Source: an uncultured Actinomycetes bacterium
Lineage (GTDB): Bacteria > Actinomycetota > Actinomycetes > Streptosporangiales > Streptosporangiaceae
Direction: 5' to 3'
DNA length: 64,000 bases
Assembly: GCA_963758575.1 (NCBI GenBank)
Contig: CAVWWE010000007.1
Location: forward strand, 4,764 to 68,763
Both the position numbers and the translations under genes were made by a program. Under the pieces are notes generated by a model. That model saw nothing but the letters and a program-made list of their open reading frames with translations. It was not told the DNA's origin and ran no database searches. The number at the start of each line of letters is the position of its first letter. Within the stretch, counting starts at the first letter, position 1. Shown one piece after another: positions 8,953-19,066 of this stretch.

Positions 8953-10623
8953 TCACCGCGCTGGACATGGGTTGTTGGGCAGGATGTTCCGGAAATCATT
9001 GATGACGTTCGCGCTGCCACCGCCCATCTGGGTGTACGACAGTGCCAGCAGCGAGCCGTACCCGGCGTTGCGCCCGAAGTCGGTGATCTGACCCGGGATG
9101 CTGTTGCCGAACTGCCAGACGCAGCCGTGCCTGGTGTTGGTGATCGAGTAGAACGGGTAGAACGCGGCCGGCTGTTTCTGGTCGGTCTGCGGGATCAGCG
9201 TGCAGCCCGCGCCGGTGGCCGTGTTGCACGTTGATTCGATGGCCGGCAAGTCGGTTTCCAGCGCGGCTCGCTGATATTGCTGTCTGTAGCCCGGCCCGGT
9301 GGTCGGGCTGGTGAACTGGAACGGCGCCGGGTGGTCCTGCAGGTTGCCGTCCGGCCAGAGCTTCTGGTACGACGCGCCGTCGAACCCGGTATTGGTGTAC
9401 GAGCAGCCGTTCACCCGGTAGACCAGTGCCTCCGATCCGGGGAAGCAGAACAGGTCGTCGGCGTCGGGTGCCGAGGCAGTCGGCCCGCGGCCCTCGGTGT
9501 TACCCGTGGGGCACGTGGTCGGGTTGCCGTTCGGCAGCAGGCCGAACGGGGTGGCCGGGATCTTCTTCGGGCCGGTGCAGAACTGGAAGTGGCCGATCTC
9601 GGTGTCGAACGCGATGTTGTACGAGCCCGCCGCCCAAGTGACCCGGGTCTTGGTCGATGACGTGCTGTACAGCGGGTGGAAGTTGTACGGGAGAGCCGTG
9701 CACGACTTGCCCGTGGGGGCGTACTTGACCTGTGCGAACCCGTTGGCCGCGCTGGCCGTCATGGACCCGGTGGCGCCGGTGGTCAGGTCACGCAGGATGA
9801 CCTTGAGGCCGTTCCTGGTGTCGGTCATGGTCGCCTGGATCCGGTCCCCGGGGTTCATGTACAGGTCCTGCGAACTGGGCGTGAAGGTCTTCACGGTTGC
9901 GTTGACCGGGTTGGCCGGCGCCTGCGCCTTCCCGTTCTTGGTGACGAAGGCGAAGTTGACGTACTCCTCACCCACCTTGGCCAGGCAGGTCGGGTTGAGC
10001 GTCTTCCCGGTCACCGGGTTGAGCGCCAGGCTGTCGATGTTCAGCGCGGCGCACCACTCGGTCGGGTTGCATGAACTGGCGCCCACGGCCACCTGCCAGG
10101 TCGGCCACGGCACCCAGCCGGGTGGGTAGAACTGCAGTTCCGTGTAGGCCTGCCCGACGTGCTTGGGCGAGACCGCGGGATCCAGGATGTTGCGGTCGCT
10201 GGCCGCCGGGCACTTCTTGACCTGCTCCGGGTAGGACTGCGTGGCGCACATGGCCATGCCCAGCCATTCGGCCCCGCTGAGCTCGAACGGGTACGACTTG
10301 TTGACCGCGTTGGGATGGCTGGCCGACGGGGCGGTTGGCAGCGTCAGCGTGTAGCGCAGGTGGCTGCCCGAGCCCGGTGTGTTCGAATAGAACAGCGCGG
10401 AAGGCTCGTCGTGCCCGACATAGTGGCCGAACACGCCGTAGGAGTTCTGCACCTCGGTGCACAGGCCACTGGCGTGGGCGCAGTTGATGTGCGCGTGCGC
10501 GCTGGTGGCGTAGGCCGGGGTGCTGGCTGCGGCCTGGGCCGCGGTGCCGCCGGTGAGCGCCAGTGGTGTCGCCACCAGCGCCGCCGTCACGGCCACGGAG
10601 AGCAAGGATCTGACCGGTTTCAT
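8953..10623 (-). CDS. secreted Cys-rich protein of unrecognised family (paralogue A)
   Basis: Start ATG 10623 with GAGGAGG 6 nt upstream. Signal peptide MKPVRSLLSVAVTAALVATPLALTGGTAAQA. About 530-aa mature part with many conserved Cys and blocks YVGHDEPS, ELQFYPPGW, MNPGD, ETDLPAIE and FYPFYS. About 45-50% identical by eye to the ORF pieces at 15548-17221. Confidence 0.75.
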   Translation of the reverse strand: MKPVRSLLSVAVTAALVATPLALTGGTAAQAAASTPAYATSAHAHINCAHASGLCTEVQNSYGVFGHYVGHDEPSALFYSNTPGSGSHLRYTLTLPTAPSASHPNAVNKSYPFELSGAEWLGMAMCATQSYPEQVKKCPAASDRNILDPAVSPKHVGQAYTELQFYPPGWVPWPTWQVAVGASSCNPTEWCAALNIDSLALNPVTGKTLNPTCLAKVGEEYVNFAFVTKNGKAQAPANPVNATVKTFTPSSQDLYMNPGDRIQATMTDTRNGLKVILRDLTTGATGSMTASAANGFAQVKYAPTGKSCTALPYNFHPLYSTSSTKTRVTWAAGSYNIAFDTEIGHFQFCTGPKKIPATPFGLLPNGNPTTCPTGNTEGRGPTASAPDADDLFCFPGSEALVYRVNGCSYTNTGFDGASYQKLWPDGNLQDHPAPFQFTSPTTGPGYRQQYQRAALETDLPAIESTCNTATGAGCTLIPQTDQKQPAAFYPFYSITNTRHGCVWQFGNSIPGQITDFGRNAGYGSLLALSYTQMGGGSANVINDFRNILPNNPCPAR

Positions 10624-10870
10624 GCCCCACCTCCTCGTGGTGCAGCCCCGTTGGCTTGGCTTCCCCTTAGCCTCATGCGCACAAATAACCCCGGAGGCTG
10701 CTCGCCCAGGATGGCACCGGCCAATTAGGTCGTCTATAACCCGGGAAATACTCACCTGCCCGCTCGCCATTTCTTAACCCTTTCTTAGTGACCTCCGGAG
10801 TAATTGGGGTGAAAACCTACTAAATACTGATTTATCAAGATGCGCGGCCGGAGCCCGGCTGGCCGGCCCG

Positions 10871-10936
10871 CCTCCCTGGCGGCCCGCCCGGATGGCCTCC
10901 CTGGCGGGCCGCCCGGCCGGCCACCCTGGCGCCCGG
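10871..10936. promoter_or_regulatory. three direct repeats at 25-bp spacing (CCTCCCTGGCGGCCCGCCCGG / CCTCCCTGGCGGGCCGCCCGG / CCACCCTGGCGCCCGG) in a divergent intergenic region
   Basis: Read directly. The repeats lie between the secreted-protein gene (minus strand) and the HTH-regulator/folE operon (plus strand), next to an AT-rich stretch. Confidence 0.35.
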
Positions 10937-10986
10937 CTCGCCACCCTCGCTCTAAAAATAACTTCTACTAGTGATACAGTAAGCGG

Positions 10987-11730
10987 GTGACCGCACCACC
11001 ACCACCTGAGCCACCGGACCTGGCCTCGCTGAGCAGCCTGGACGATCCGGTGCGCGGCCGCCTGTACCGGTATGCGGCCGGCTCCGCCCGGCCGGTCGGC
11101 CGGGACGAGGCGGCGGCCGCGGCCGGCATCGGCCGCGCGCTGGCCGTCTACCACCTGGACAAGCTGGTCGAGGCCGGCCTGCTCACCGCCAGCTACCAGC
11201 GCCCGGCCGGCCGCGGCGGCCCGGGCGCGGGCCGCCCGGCCAAGCTGTACGCGCGGTCCGGCCGGGAGTTCGCCGTCAGCGTGCCGCCCCGGGAGTACGA
11301 GCTCGCGGCCCGCCTGCTGGTCCAGGCGGTCGGCACCGACGCCAGCGGGCAGAGCCGGGCCGCGCTGAGCGATGCGGCGCGCCAGCACGGCCGCCAGCTC
11401 GGCGCAGGCCATCACGACGGCAGCGCGGATCCGCGCCGGCGGCTGGTCGTGCTGCTGCAGGAGCACGGCTTCGCGCCGTTCGACGCGCCCGACGGGGCCA
11501 TCCGGCTGCGCAACTGCCCGTTCCACCACCTGGCCGAACAGGACCGGCCGACCGTGTGCGGGATGAACCTCGCCCTGGTCGAAGGGCTGGCCACCGGGCT
11601 CGGGGCGGCCGGCCTGCGCCCGGTGCTGGACCCCCAGCCCGGGCACTGCTGCGTCGCCATTCAGGACACCGCTATCCAGGACACCGCTGTCCAGGACACC
11701 CAGGGGAAGGACGACCGCCATGGCGCATGA
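10987..11730 (+). CDS. winged-helix (ArsR-like) transcriptional regulator with Cys/His-rich C-terminal domain
   Basis: GTG start. LDDPVRGRLYRYAAGSARPVGRDEAAAAAGIGRALAVYHLDKLVEAGLL is a wHTH block. The C-terminal part has LRNCPFHHLAEQDRPTVCGMNLALVEG and PGHCCV. The stop overlaps the folE start by 11 nt. Confidence 0.65.
   Translation: MTAPPPPEPPDLASLSSLDDPVRGRLYRYAAGSARPVGRDEAAAAAGIGRALAVYHLDKLVEAGLLTASYQRPAGRGGPGAGRPAKLYARSGREFAVSVPPREYELAARLLVQAVGTDASGQSRAALSDAARQHGRQLGAGHHDGSADPRRRLVVLLQEHGFAPFDAPDGAIRLRNCPFHHLAEQDRPTVCGMNLALVEGLATGLGAAGLRPVLDPQPGHCCVAIQDTAIQDTAVQDTQGKDDRHGA
11659..11701 (+). repeat. 15-bp tandem repeat x3 (ATTCAGGACACCGCT / ATCCAGGACACCGCT / GTCCAGGACACCC) encoding IQDTA-IQDTA-VQDT
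   Basis: Read directly inside the 3' end of the regulator gene. Confidence 0.9.
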
Positions 11731-12379
11731 CCTGGCCGCTGACCGCGCTGAGCAGCTGGCTGAGCCGGAGCCCGGCGGCGGGCCCGGTACCCGGCCCGCG
11801 CTCCGCATCGCGGGCGGGGCGCCTCGTGTCGATCTGGACGCGGCGCAGCGGGCGGCGGCGGACTTCCTGGCCGCACTGGGCATCGACGTGGACCAGGACG
11901 GGCTGCGTGAGACGCCAGGGCGGATGGCCCGGGCCTACGCCGAGCTGTTCACCGCGCCGCCGTTCGAGCTGACCACGTTCCCGAACGACGAGGGCTATGA
12001 CGAGCTGGTGCTGGCCCGGGACATCCCGTTCCGCACCGTGTGCGAGCATCACCTGCTGCCGTTCTCCGGTGTCGCGCACGTGGGTTATCTGCCCGGCGAC
12101 CAGATCCTGGGGCTGTCCAAGCTGGCCCGCCTGGTCGGGCACTTCGCCGCCCGGCCGCAAACACAGGAACGGCTGACCAGGCAGGTCGCGGACTCGCTGG
12201 TCACGCATCTCAGCCCGCGCGGTGCGGGCGTCGTGCTGGAGGCGGAGCACTCCTGCATGACGCTGCGCGGCGCCCGGGCCATCGGCGCGAAGACCGTCAC
12301 GTCGGCCATGCACGGCACGCTGCGTGACGATCCGCGCGCCCGGGCCGAGTTCTTCGCCATGGCCGGTGTGCCTGGCTGA
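11720..12379 (+). CDS. folE: GTP cyclohydrolase I
   Basis: [48 protein letters not shown] and [12 protein letters not shown] are classic FolE blocks. Confidence 0.9.
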   Translation: MAHDLAADRAEQLAEPEPGGGPGTRPALRIAGGAPRVDLDAAQRAAADFLAALGIDVDQDGLRETPGRMARAYAELFTAPPFELTTFPNDEGYDELVLARDIPFRTVCEHHLLPFSGVAHVGYLPGDQILGLSKLARLVGHFAARPQTQERLTRQVADSLVTHLSPRGAGVVLEAEHSCMTLRGARAIGAKTVTSAMHGTLRDDPRARAEFFAMAGVPG

Positions 12380-12428
12380 GGCCGGCCCGGTGCTTATGGA
12401 TAAGGGGTTCACAGACAAGGGGGACGAA

Positions 12429-13556
12429 ATGACATCCGATCCGCTGGCCGAGCTCAGCCGAGCAGGCGTATCCATCTGGCTGGACGATCTCAGCCTGCCG
12501 CTGCTGGCCTCCGGCCGCCTGGCCGACCTGGCCGCCCATGATCATGTGGTCGGGGTGACCAGCAACCCAACCATCTTCGCCAAGGCGATCACCGCGAGCG
12601 ACGCGTACGCCGCCCAGATCCGGGACCTGGTCCGGCGGGGCGTCCGCGTCGGCGAGGCGCTGCGCGCGCTGACCACGTTCGACGTGCGCTGGGCGTGCGA
12701 CGTACTCCATCCGGCCTATGTCGCTTCGGACCGGGTGGACGGCCGGGTGTCCATCGAGGTAGACCCCCGGCTCGCGCGCGACACCGAGGCCACGACCGCA
12801 GAAGCCCGCGCGCTGTGGTGGCAGGTGGACCGGCCCAACCTGTTCATCAAGATCCCGGCCGCCCGGCAGGGGCTGCCCGCCATCGAGGCTTGCCTGGCCG
12901 AGGGGATCAGCATCAACGTCACGCTGATCTTCTCGCTGGACCGCTACGACGAGGTGATGGACGCGTTCCTGACCGGCCTGGAACGGGCCCGCCAGGCTGG
13001 CCGGGACCTGTCCGCCATCGCCTCGGTTGCGTCCTTCTTCGTGTCCCGGGTGGACACCGAGGTCGATGCGCGGCTGGACAAGATCGGCACGGCGGAGGCA
13101 GCCGGGCTGCGCGGCCAGGCGGCCATCGCCAACGCGCAGCTCGCCTACGAGCACTACGAGCGGGTGTTCAGCTCGGCCCGGTGGGCTGAACTGCGGGCCG
13201 AGGGCGCCCGGCCACAGCGCCCCCTGTGGGCGTTCACGTCGGTCAAGGACCCCGCCTACCCGGACACCCGGTACGTGACTGGCCTGGTCGCACCCGGCGT
13301 AGTCAACACGATGCCAGAAGCCACGCTGCGCGCGGTGGCCGGGCACGGCGAAATACCGCCCGACTCGGTGCACGGGTCCTACCCCGGGGCGCGCGAGGTG
13401 CTCCGCCAGCTTGAGTCGATCGGGCTGGACTACGCCGAGATCGTCCAGGCCCTGGAGGACGACGGGGTACGCAAGTTCGACGCCAGCTGGCAGCAGCTGA
13501 GCGAGCAGCTGGCCGCCACCCTGGGGCGGCCGGCATCCGGCAACGGGGAGGAGTGA
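12429..13556 (+). CDS. tal: transaldolase (actinobacterial long type)
   Basis: ATG 12429 preceded by [33 protein letters not shown] and NLFIKIPA (active-site Lys block). The listed ORF start at 12324 overlaps folE and lacks an RBS. Confidence 0.9.
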   Translation: MTSDPLAELSRAGVSIWLDDLSLPLLASGRLADLAAHDHVVGVTSNPTIFAKAITASDAYAAQIRDLVRRGVRVGEALRALTTFDVRWACDVLHPAYVASDRVDGRVSIEVDPRLARDTEATTAEARALWWQVDRPNLFIKIPAARQGLPAIEACLAEGISINVTLIFSLDRYDEVMDAFLTGLERARQAGRDLSAIASVASFFVSRVDTEVDARLDKIGTAEAAGLRGQAAIANAQLAYEHYERVFSSARWAELRAEGARPQRPLWAFTSVKDPAYPDTRYVTGLVAPGVVNTMPEATLRAVAGHGEIPPDSVHGSYPGAREVLRQLESIGLDYAEIVQALEDDGVRKFDASWQQLSEQLAATLGRPASGNGEE

Positions 13557-13557
13557 C

Positions 13558-14793
13558 ATGAGCGGGGAGTCGGCGTTCGTCATCGCGGGGGCCAGCCTGG
13601 CCGGCGCCAAGGCGGCCGAAACGCTGCGCACCGAGGGCTTCGGCGGCCCAGTCATCCTGATCGGCGCGGAGCAGGAGCGGCCCTACGAGCGCCCGCCGCT
13701 GTCCAAGGATTACCTGCTCGGCAAGGCCGACCGGGAGAGCATCTACGTGCACCCGGCCGGCTGGTACGGCGAACACGACGTCACGCTGCGGCTGGGCACA
13801 ACGGTCAGCGGCATCGACCGGGCCGGGCACCAGGTGCTGCTGGCCGACGGCAGCCGGGTCAGCTACGCCAAGCTGCTGCTGGCCACCGGCTCGGAGCCGC
13901 GCCGGCTGACGGTGCCGGGAGCTGGCCAGGATGGCGTGCTGTATCTGCGCCGGGTCGAGGACAGCGACCAGATCCGGGCCGCCTTCCAGGCCGCGTCGCG
14001 GGTGGTCGTCATCGGCGGTGGCTGGATCGGCCTGGAGACCGCGGCCGCGGCCCGCGCGGCCGGCGCCGAGGTGACCGTGCTGGAGGCGGCGGACCTGCCG
14101 CTGCTCCGCGTGCTCGGCCCGGAAGTCGCCCAGGTGTTCGCCGCGCTCCACCTCGAGCACGGCGTGGACCTGCGGTGCGGCGTGCAGGTAGCCGAGATCA
14201 CCGGTACCGGCGGGCAGGCGGACGGCGTCCGGCTGGCCGACGGCAGCCACATCCCGGCCGACGTGATCATCGCCGGGGTCGGCATCACGCCACGCGCCGG
14301 GCTGGCCGAAGCGGCCGGGCTGCCGGTGGCCAACGGCATCCAGGTGGACGCGCAGCTGCGCACGACGGACCCGGACATCTTCGCGGCCGGCGATGTCGCC
14401 AACGCGTACCATCCCCGGCTGGGCACCAGCATCCGCGTCGAGCACTGGGCCAACGCGCTGCACCAGCCGCAGACCGCGGCGCGGGCGATGCTCGGCCAGG
14501 ACGCCAGCTATGACCGGCTGCCGTACTTCTTCACCGACCAGTACGACCTGGGCATGGAGTACTCCGGGTACGTGCCGCCCGGCGGCCATGACGAGGTTGT
14601 GCTGCGCGGCGACGTGGCCGGCCGGGAGTTCCTCGCGTTCTGGCTCCGCGGCGGCCGGGTACTGGCCGGGATGAACGTGAACATCTGGGACCAGACCGAC
14701 ACGATCCAGGCTCTGGTGCGGTCCGGCCAGCCGGTCGCGGCAGCCCGGCTGGCCGACCCGGAGCTGTCGCTGGCCGGGCTCCTCCCCGGCTGA
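13558..14793 (+). CDS. FAD-dependent pyridine-nucleotide-disulfide oxidoreductase (ferredoxin/putidaredoxin-reductase-like)
   Basis: FVIAGASLAGAKAAETLR (FAD GxGxxG-type fold), ERPYERPPLSKDYL, VVVIGGGWIGLETAAAAR (NAD fold) and IFAAGDVA. The start is 2 nt after the tal stop. Confidence 0.85.
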   Translation: MSGESAFVIAGASLAGAKAAETLRTEGFGGPVILIGAEQERPYERPPLSKDYLLGKADRESIYVHPAGWYGEHDVTLRLGTTVSGIDRAGHQVLLADGSRVSYAKLLLATGSEPRRLTVPGAGQDGVLYLRRVEDSDQIRAAFQAASRVVVIGGGWIGLETAAAARAAGAEVTVLEAADLPLLRVLGPEVAQVFAALHLEHGVDLRCGVQVAEITGTGGQADGVRLADGSHIPADVIIAGVGITPRAGLAEAAGLPVANGIQVDAQLRTTDPDIFAAGDVANAYHPRLGTSIRVEHWANALHQPQTAARAMLGQDASYDRLPYFFTDQYDLGMEYSGYVPPGGHDEVVLRGDVAGREFLAFWLRGGRVLAGMNVNIWDQTDTIQALVRSGQPVAAARLADPELSLAGLLPG

Positions 14794-14863
14794 CCGCGCC
14801 CTGAGGGGAAGCGAGGGGGAACCGAGGGGGAACCGTCACCGGCTCCAGACCGTCCAAGCTGCG

Positions 14864-15460
14864 ATGATGGTTCACGGCAAGCTGGCCATTCCCGGTGTGC
14901 TCGCGGCGGGCCCGGTGCTCACGGCGGGTGCGGTGCTCGCAGCGGGCGCGGCAGTCGGGCTGGTGGCGTGCGGCAGCGTGGCCGCCACCGGTGCCGGTCA
15001 CCGGGCCGGGCCGGCCTCGGCCAGCGCCGCCACGGCCAGCGCCGCCGCGGCGCGGGCGTCGGCGGGGGTGCCGCTCTGCACGGCCAGCCGCCGGCTGGTC
15101 CAGCTGGAAGTCAGGCTGACCGCCAGCCAGCCCCGGGAGATCCTGCCCCGCGCGCTGACCACGACCGACGCAGCGCGGGTCCGCGCCCTGGCCAGCGCGC
15201 TGTGCCATCTTCCGCCGCTGCCGCGGGGCCTGCACTGCCCGGCCGAGCCGCGCGGTGCACTACTCCTCGTGTTCGCGGAGCCGGGGCGCTTCACCACGGT
15301 CCGCATCCAGGACGCGGGCTGTGCCAGCGTCACCGGGCTCGGCCCAGCCCGGCAGTGGTCCTGGTCGTCGCGGCCTGGCCAGCTGCTGGCCGGAACGGTC
15401 GGCGGCCACGGCAAGCTGGCTCCGGACGTGCACCCGAGCAGCGTGCCCACGGGGTCGTGA
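14864..15460 (+). CDS. putative lipoprotein, unknown function
   Basis: Hydrophobic N-terminus ending in a lipobox-like LVAC(GS). Good GC3 bias. No recognisable domain. Confidence 0.45.
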   Translation: MMVHGKLAIPGVLAAGPVLTAGAVLAAGAAVGLVACGSVAATGAGHRAGPASASAATASAAAARASAGVPLCTASRRLVQLEVRLTASQPREILPRALTTTDAARVRALASALCHLPPLPRGLHCPAEPRGALLLVFAEPGRFTTVRIQDAGCASVTGLGPARQWSWSSRPGQLLAGTVGGHGKLAPDVHPSSVPTGS

Positions 15461-15547
15461 CGTTAGCTGGCCCGGACGGGACGGGACCGCGACGGCGTCA
15501 GCCGCCGCGGTCCCGGTACCGCGGCTATCGGAGCCGGGCCGGAGCCC

Positions 15548-17221
15548 TCACCCCGCCGGGCAGGGGTTGGCCATGTCCCCGCTGTTGAAGAGGTTAATGA
15601 TCGTCACCGGCTTGAATCCGGTGTTCGGGAAGACGACCTTCAGTAGGTGGCCGTACTCGGTCGTGGAGCTGCCGCCGAAGTCGTTCTTTGTGTCCGGCAG
15701 GAACTTGCCGCCCTCCTGCCAGGCGCACGACCCGTTGCGCACCGTCGTCGAGTAGAACGGGTAGAACTTCGCGCCGTGCGGCGGGTTCACGCAGTTCGCC
15801 CCCGTCGTCTGGTTGCAGAACGGCGGATTGAACTGCGCTCCCTTCGCCTCGATCGCCGGCAGGTCGTTCTCGAAGGCCATCGTCTGGTAGTTCTGCCCGT
15901 GCGTGGTCGGGCTGGTGAACAGCACCGGCTGCGGGTGCAGCGCCTGGTCCCTGGCCACGTTCGGGATGGTGCCGGGCCAGTCCTTGCGGTAGGCCTGGCT
16001 GTCGAAATCCTCATCCGGGGCGAGGCACCCGTCGATCCGCACCAACGGTCGATTGGGCGCCCGTCAGGCACTCGGTGTCGTCCGCGTCCACCGTCTTGTC
16101 CGGCGGGGCCGGCTTGGTGCAGTTGCCGGTCGTCGTGTTGACGGCCAGGCAGTTCTCGAAGTGGTCGAGTTCGTCAGAGAAAGCCACGTTGTAGGTGTGC
16201 GCGGCCCAGACGGTCCCGCGCGGGTTGGCCGTCGAGTACGCGGGATGGAACGCGTACGGCGCCTCGTGGCAGGTCTTGGACTTCGGCGTGAACAGGATGT
16301 GGCCAAAGCCGTTGGCCACCGACGCGGTCATCGAGCCGTGCTGGCCCGAGGTCAGATCGTTCAGCACGATCCGCAGCCCGGCCGGTGTGTCCTGCATATG
16401 GATCCGGACCGTGTCACCGGGGTTCATGAACAGGGCCTTGTGTGGGTTCGGGTCCACCGCCGCGAAGTTGGGATGAGTGACCGTCCCGGTGAACAGCGGG
16501 TTGGCGGGTGCCTGCGATTTCCCGCTCTTGGTGATGTACGCCCAGTTGACTGGCTCGGCACCGCCGAGGACGAAGTTGTTGCAGGCAGCGGTATTCGCGA
16601 CTCCGGTGTTCATGTTCTGCACGAAGCTGTCGATGGTCATCGCCGCGCAGTACTGGTGCGCCGTGCAGCCATCTCCGGTGAACTGCTCGACCCATCCCGG
16701 TGGATAGAACTGCAGTTCCATGAACGCGGTGCCGGGATGCTTCCCGATGTAGTTCGGGGCGGCGGGGTTGGCGCCGACCAGATTGTTGCTGTCCGAGTCC
16801 GGCGTGCACTTCTTGGTGAACTCAGGCGCGGACTCGTTGTCGCACAGCGCGAGACCGAACCAGAACGTGGGCCGCAGTTGGAAGTTCCACGTCGTGCCGC
16901 CGACGCCGGTCTTGTTCGGCTGTTTCACCGGATCCTTTGGCAGGGCGACCGTGTAGGTCATGTTGTTGCCGGAGCCCGGGATACCGGACTTGAACAAGAC
17001 CGACGGCTCGTCGTGGCCGACATACGAAGTCCTGGGCTGGCTACCCAGGTCGGTGCACATGGAGCGCTTGCTCTGGCAGAACGGCCGGGGTAGTACGAGC
17101 TACTAGCCCGCGGCGCCTGAGGGTGTGACATGGCGTTGGTCGCGGCGGTGGCCGGGAGTGTGGCGGCCGCCAGGACGAGGAAGCTCAGAAGGCTGATCAC
17201 AGCCAGAGCGCACCGCTTCAT
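15548..17221 (-). pseudogene. paralogue B of the secreted Cys-rich protein, at least two frame breaks (about 17085-17110 and about 16055)
   Basis: Signal peptide MKRCALAVISLLSFLVLAAATLPATA starts at ATG 17221 (RBS GGAAGGGA). The body is in ORF 16011..17060 (FCQSKRSMCTDLGSQPRTSYVGHDEPSVLF...) and the tail in ORF 15548..16045 (VRIDGCLAPDEDFD...FENDLPAIE...FYPFYS). All three pieces are collinear with paralogue A but in different frames. Confidence 0.75.
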
Positions 17222-17503
17222 CGTCTGTTGTCCCTTCCTGCGTCGATGAGACCTTGGGCGTGATGAATGGCGCCCACACAGCCGGCCAACCCTCGCGGGC
17301 TGCCGCACCGGCGGTCCCAGCGCAGCCGGGCATGCCCCTAGCGAACCCCTTCCCCCTGGATAAAAGCGTCACGGAGCCTGTTGACCACGACTGGCCGAGC
17401 CGACGGCGCATCTGACAATGAAGCCTGCGGGTGACAGACGTAACCGGCCGCTTTCGGGGTGCTACTAGCTGATACTCTCCCAGCAACTGGGAGATGGCAA
17501 TGA

Positions 17504-18326
17504 ATGAGGACAGAGATAATCCAGGCCACTGCGCCCGGCCCGTTAACCGAGATCGACACCAGCGTCGCGCACCCCGCCCGGGTCTATGACTACTGGCTCG
17601 GCGGCAAGGACAACTTCGCGGCCGACCGCGAGGCCGCCGAGCAGGTGCTGGCGGTCACGCCCGGGCTGCGCTTCCGGGTCCGCGCCAACCGGGCGTTCCT
17701 GGCCCGGGCGGTGCGGTTCCTGGCCGGCCAGGCCGGCCGTCGGGCAGTTCCTCGACATCGGCACCGGCATCCCGGCCGCGGACAACACGCACCAGGTCGC
17801 CCAGGCGGTGGCACCCGAAGCGCGGATCGTCTACGTGGACAACGACCCCATCGTGCTGGCGCATGCCCGGGCGCTGCTGGCCAGCGGCCCGCACGGGGCC
17901 ACCCAGTACGTGCACGGCGACGTCCGCGAGCCAGCCGCCATCCTGAAGCAGGCGGCGCAGACCCTGGACTTCAGCCAGCCCATCGCGCTGATGCTGCTCG
18001 GCATCCTCCATCTGGTGCAGGACAGCGAGGACCCGTACCGGATCGTGGCCGAACTGATGGCCGCCCTGCCGCCCGGCAGCTACCTGGCCATCTCCCATCC
18101 GGCCAGCGACACGCACCCGGGCCAGGCCGAGGCGCAGAAGCGGTACAACGAGCGGGTGTCCACCCCACAGACGCTGCGCACCCGGGACGAGGTGGCCCGG
18201 TTCTTCACCGGGCTGGACCTGGTCCCACCCGGGCTGGTGTACGTGCACACCTGGCGGCCTGACCCCGGTGACGCCGAGCTGCCCGGCGTGACCTCGGCGT
18301 ATGGCGGTGTCGCCCGCAAGAACTGA
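17504..18326 (+). pseudogene. SAM-dependent methyltransferase of the DUF574 type, frameshift near 17735-17742
   Basis: The N-terminal block ARVYDYWLGGKDNFAADREAAEQVL...RANRAFLARAVRFLAGQAG is in frame 2. The continuation QFLDIGTGIPAADNTHQVAQAVAPEARIVYVDNDPIVLAHARALL is in frame 0 (ORF 17586..18326). One extra base in the GGCCGGCCG run would explain the break. Confidence 0.75.
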
Positions 18327-18331
18327 CGGCC

Positions 18332-19054
18332 CTACCCGGCTAGCCCGCCGCGCCAGGTGGGCGCGGCGGCGTGGCCGGCCGCAACGTCGTAGGCGGCCCG
18401 GGCCAGCAGCCGGGTGGAATCCAGCGTGGGCAGCGGGCTCACCTCCGGGGTCACCAGCAGCGGGATCTCGGTGCACACCAGGGCGGCCGCGTCGCAGCCC
18501 CGCCCGGCCAGCTGGGCGATGATCCGCAGGTACTCCTGGCGGGATTCGCCGGTGAACACGCCGTTCACCAGCTCATCGAAGATGATCCGGTTGATGGTGT
18601 CCCGGTCGGCCGGGTCCGGGACCTCGGCCGCGATTCCCCGGGCGGCCAGCACCCGCGGGTACAGCGGGCTGTCCATCAGGTACTTCGTGCCCAGCATCCC
18701 GACCCGCCGGTAGCCCGCCCGGGCCGCCGCGTCCGCCACTACCCCGGCGATATGCAGGCCGGGCAGGTCCAGATCCGGGCCGGGGTGTTCCAGCGCGAGG
18801 TGCGCGGTGTTGTCCGGGCAGGCGAAGAAGTCCGCGCCGGCCCGGGCCAGCCGCTGCACGCTGGTCGCCAGCGTGGCCCGGATCGGGGCGTAGTCCCCCG
18901 CCGCCCAGGCGGGCATGCTGGAGCCGAACGCGATGTAGTCGAGCGTCACGTCCGGGTGCTCGTTGCGGCCGGTCCGCCGGAACCCCTCCTGGCAGTAGGC
19001 CAGGAAGCACAGCGCGGCCCCCTCGGTGCTGTGCGCGAGGATGCCGAGATGCAC
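18332..19054 (-). CDS. Asp/Glu/hydantoin-racemase-family amino-acid racemase (aspartate-racemase-like, two catalytic Cys present)
   Basis: FFACPDNTAH (first Cys block, compare ACNTAH) and ALVCTEIPLL (second Cys block, compare GCTELPLL). GTG start 12 nt after the stop of the upstream aaRS-like gene. Confidence 0.8.
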   Translation of the reverse strand: MHLGILAHSTEGAALCFLAYCQEGFRRTGRNEHPDVTLDYIAFGSSMPAWAAGDYAPIRATLATSVQRLARAGADFFACPDNTAHLALEHPGPDLDLPGLHIAGVVADAAARAGYRRVGMLGTKYLMDSPLYPRVLAARGIAAEVPDPADRDTINRIIFDELVNGVFTGESRQEYLRIIAQLAGRGCDAAALVCTEIPLLVTPEVSPLPTLDSTRLLARAAYDVAAGHAAAPTWRGGLAG

Positions 19055-19066
19055 GGTTTCAGCCTC

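Noticed and set aside
14813-14834. Tandem 11-mer GAGGGGGAACC x2 (plus a partial third copy) upstream of the lipoprotein gene as a regulatory element.
   Set aside because: Too short and isolated to interpret. It could be the RBS-like purine tract duplicated by slippage, and there is no palindromic structure.
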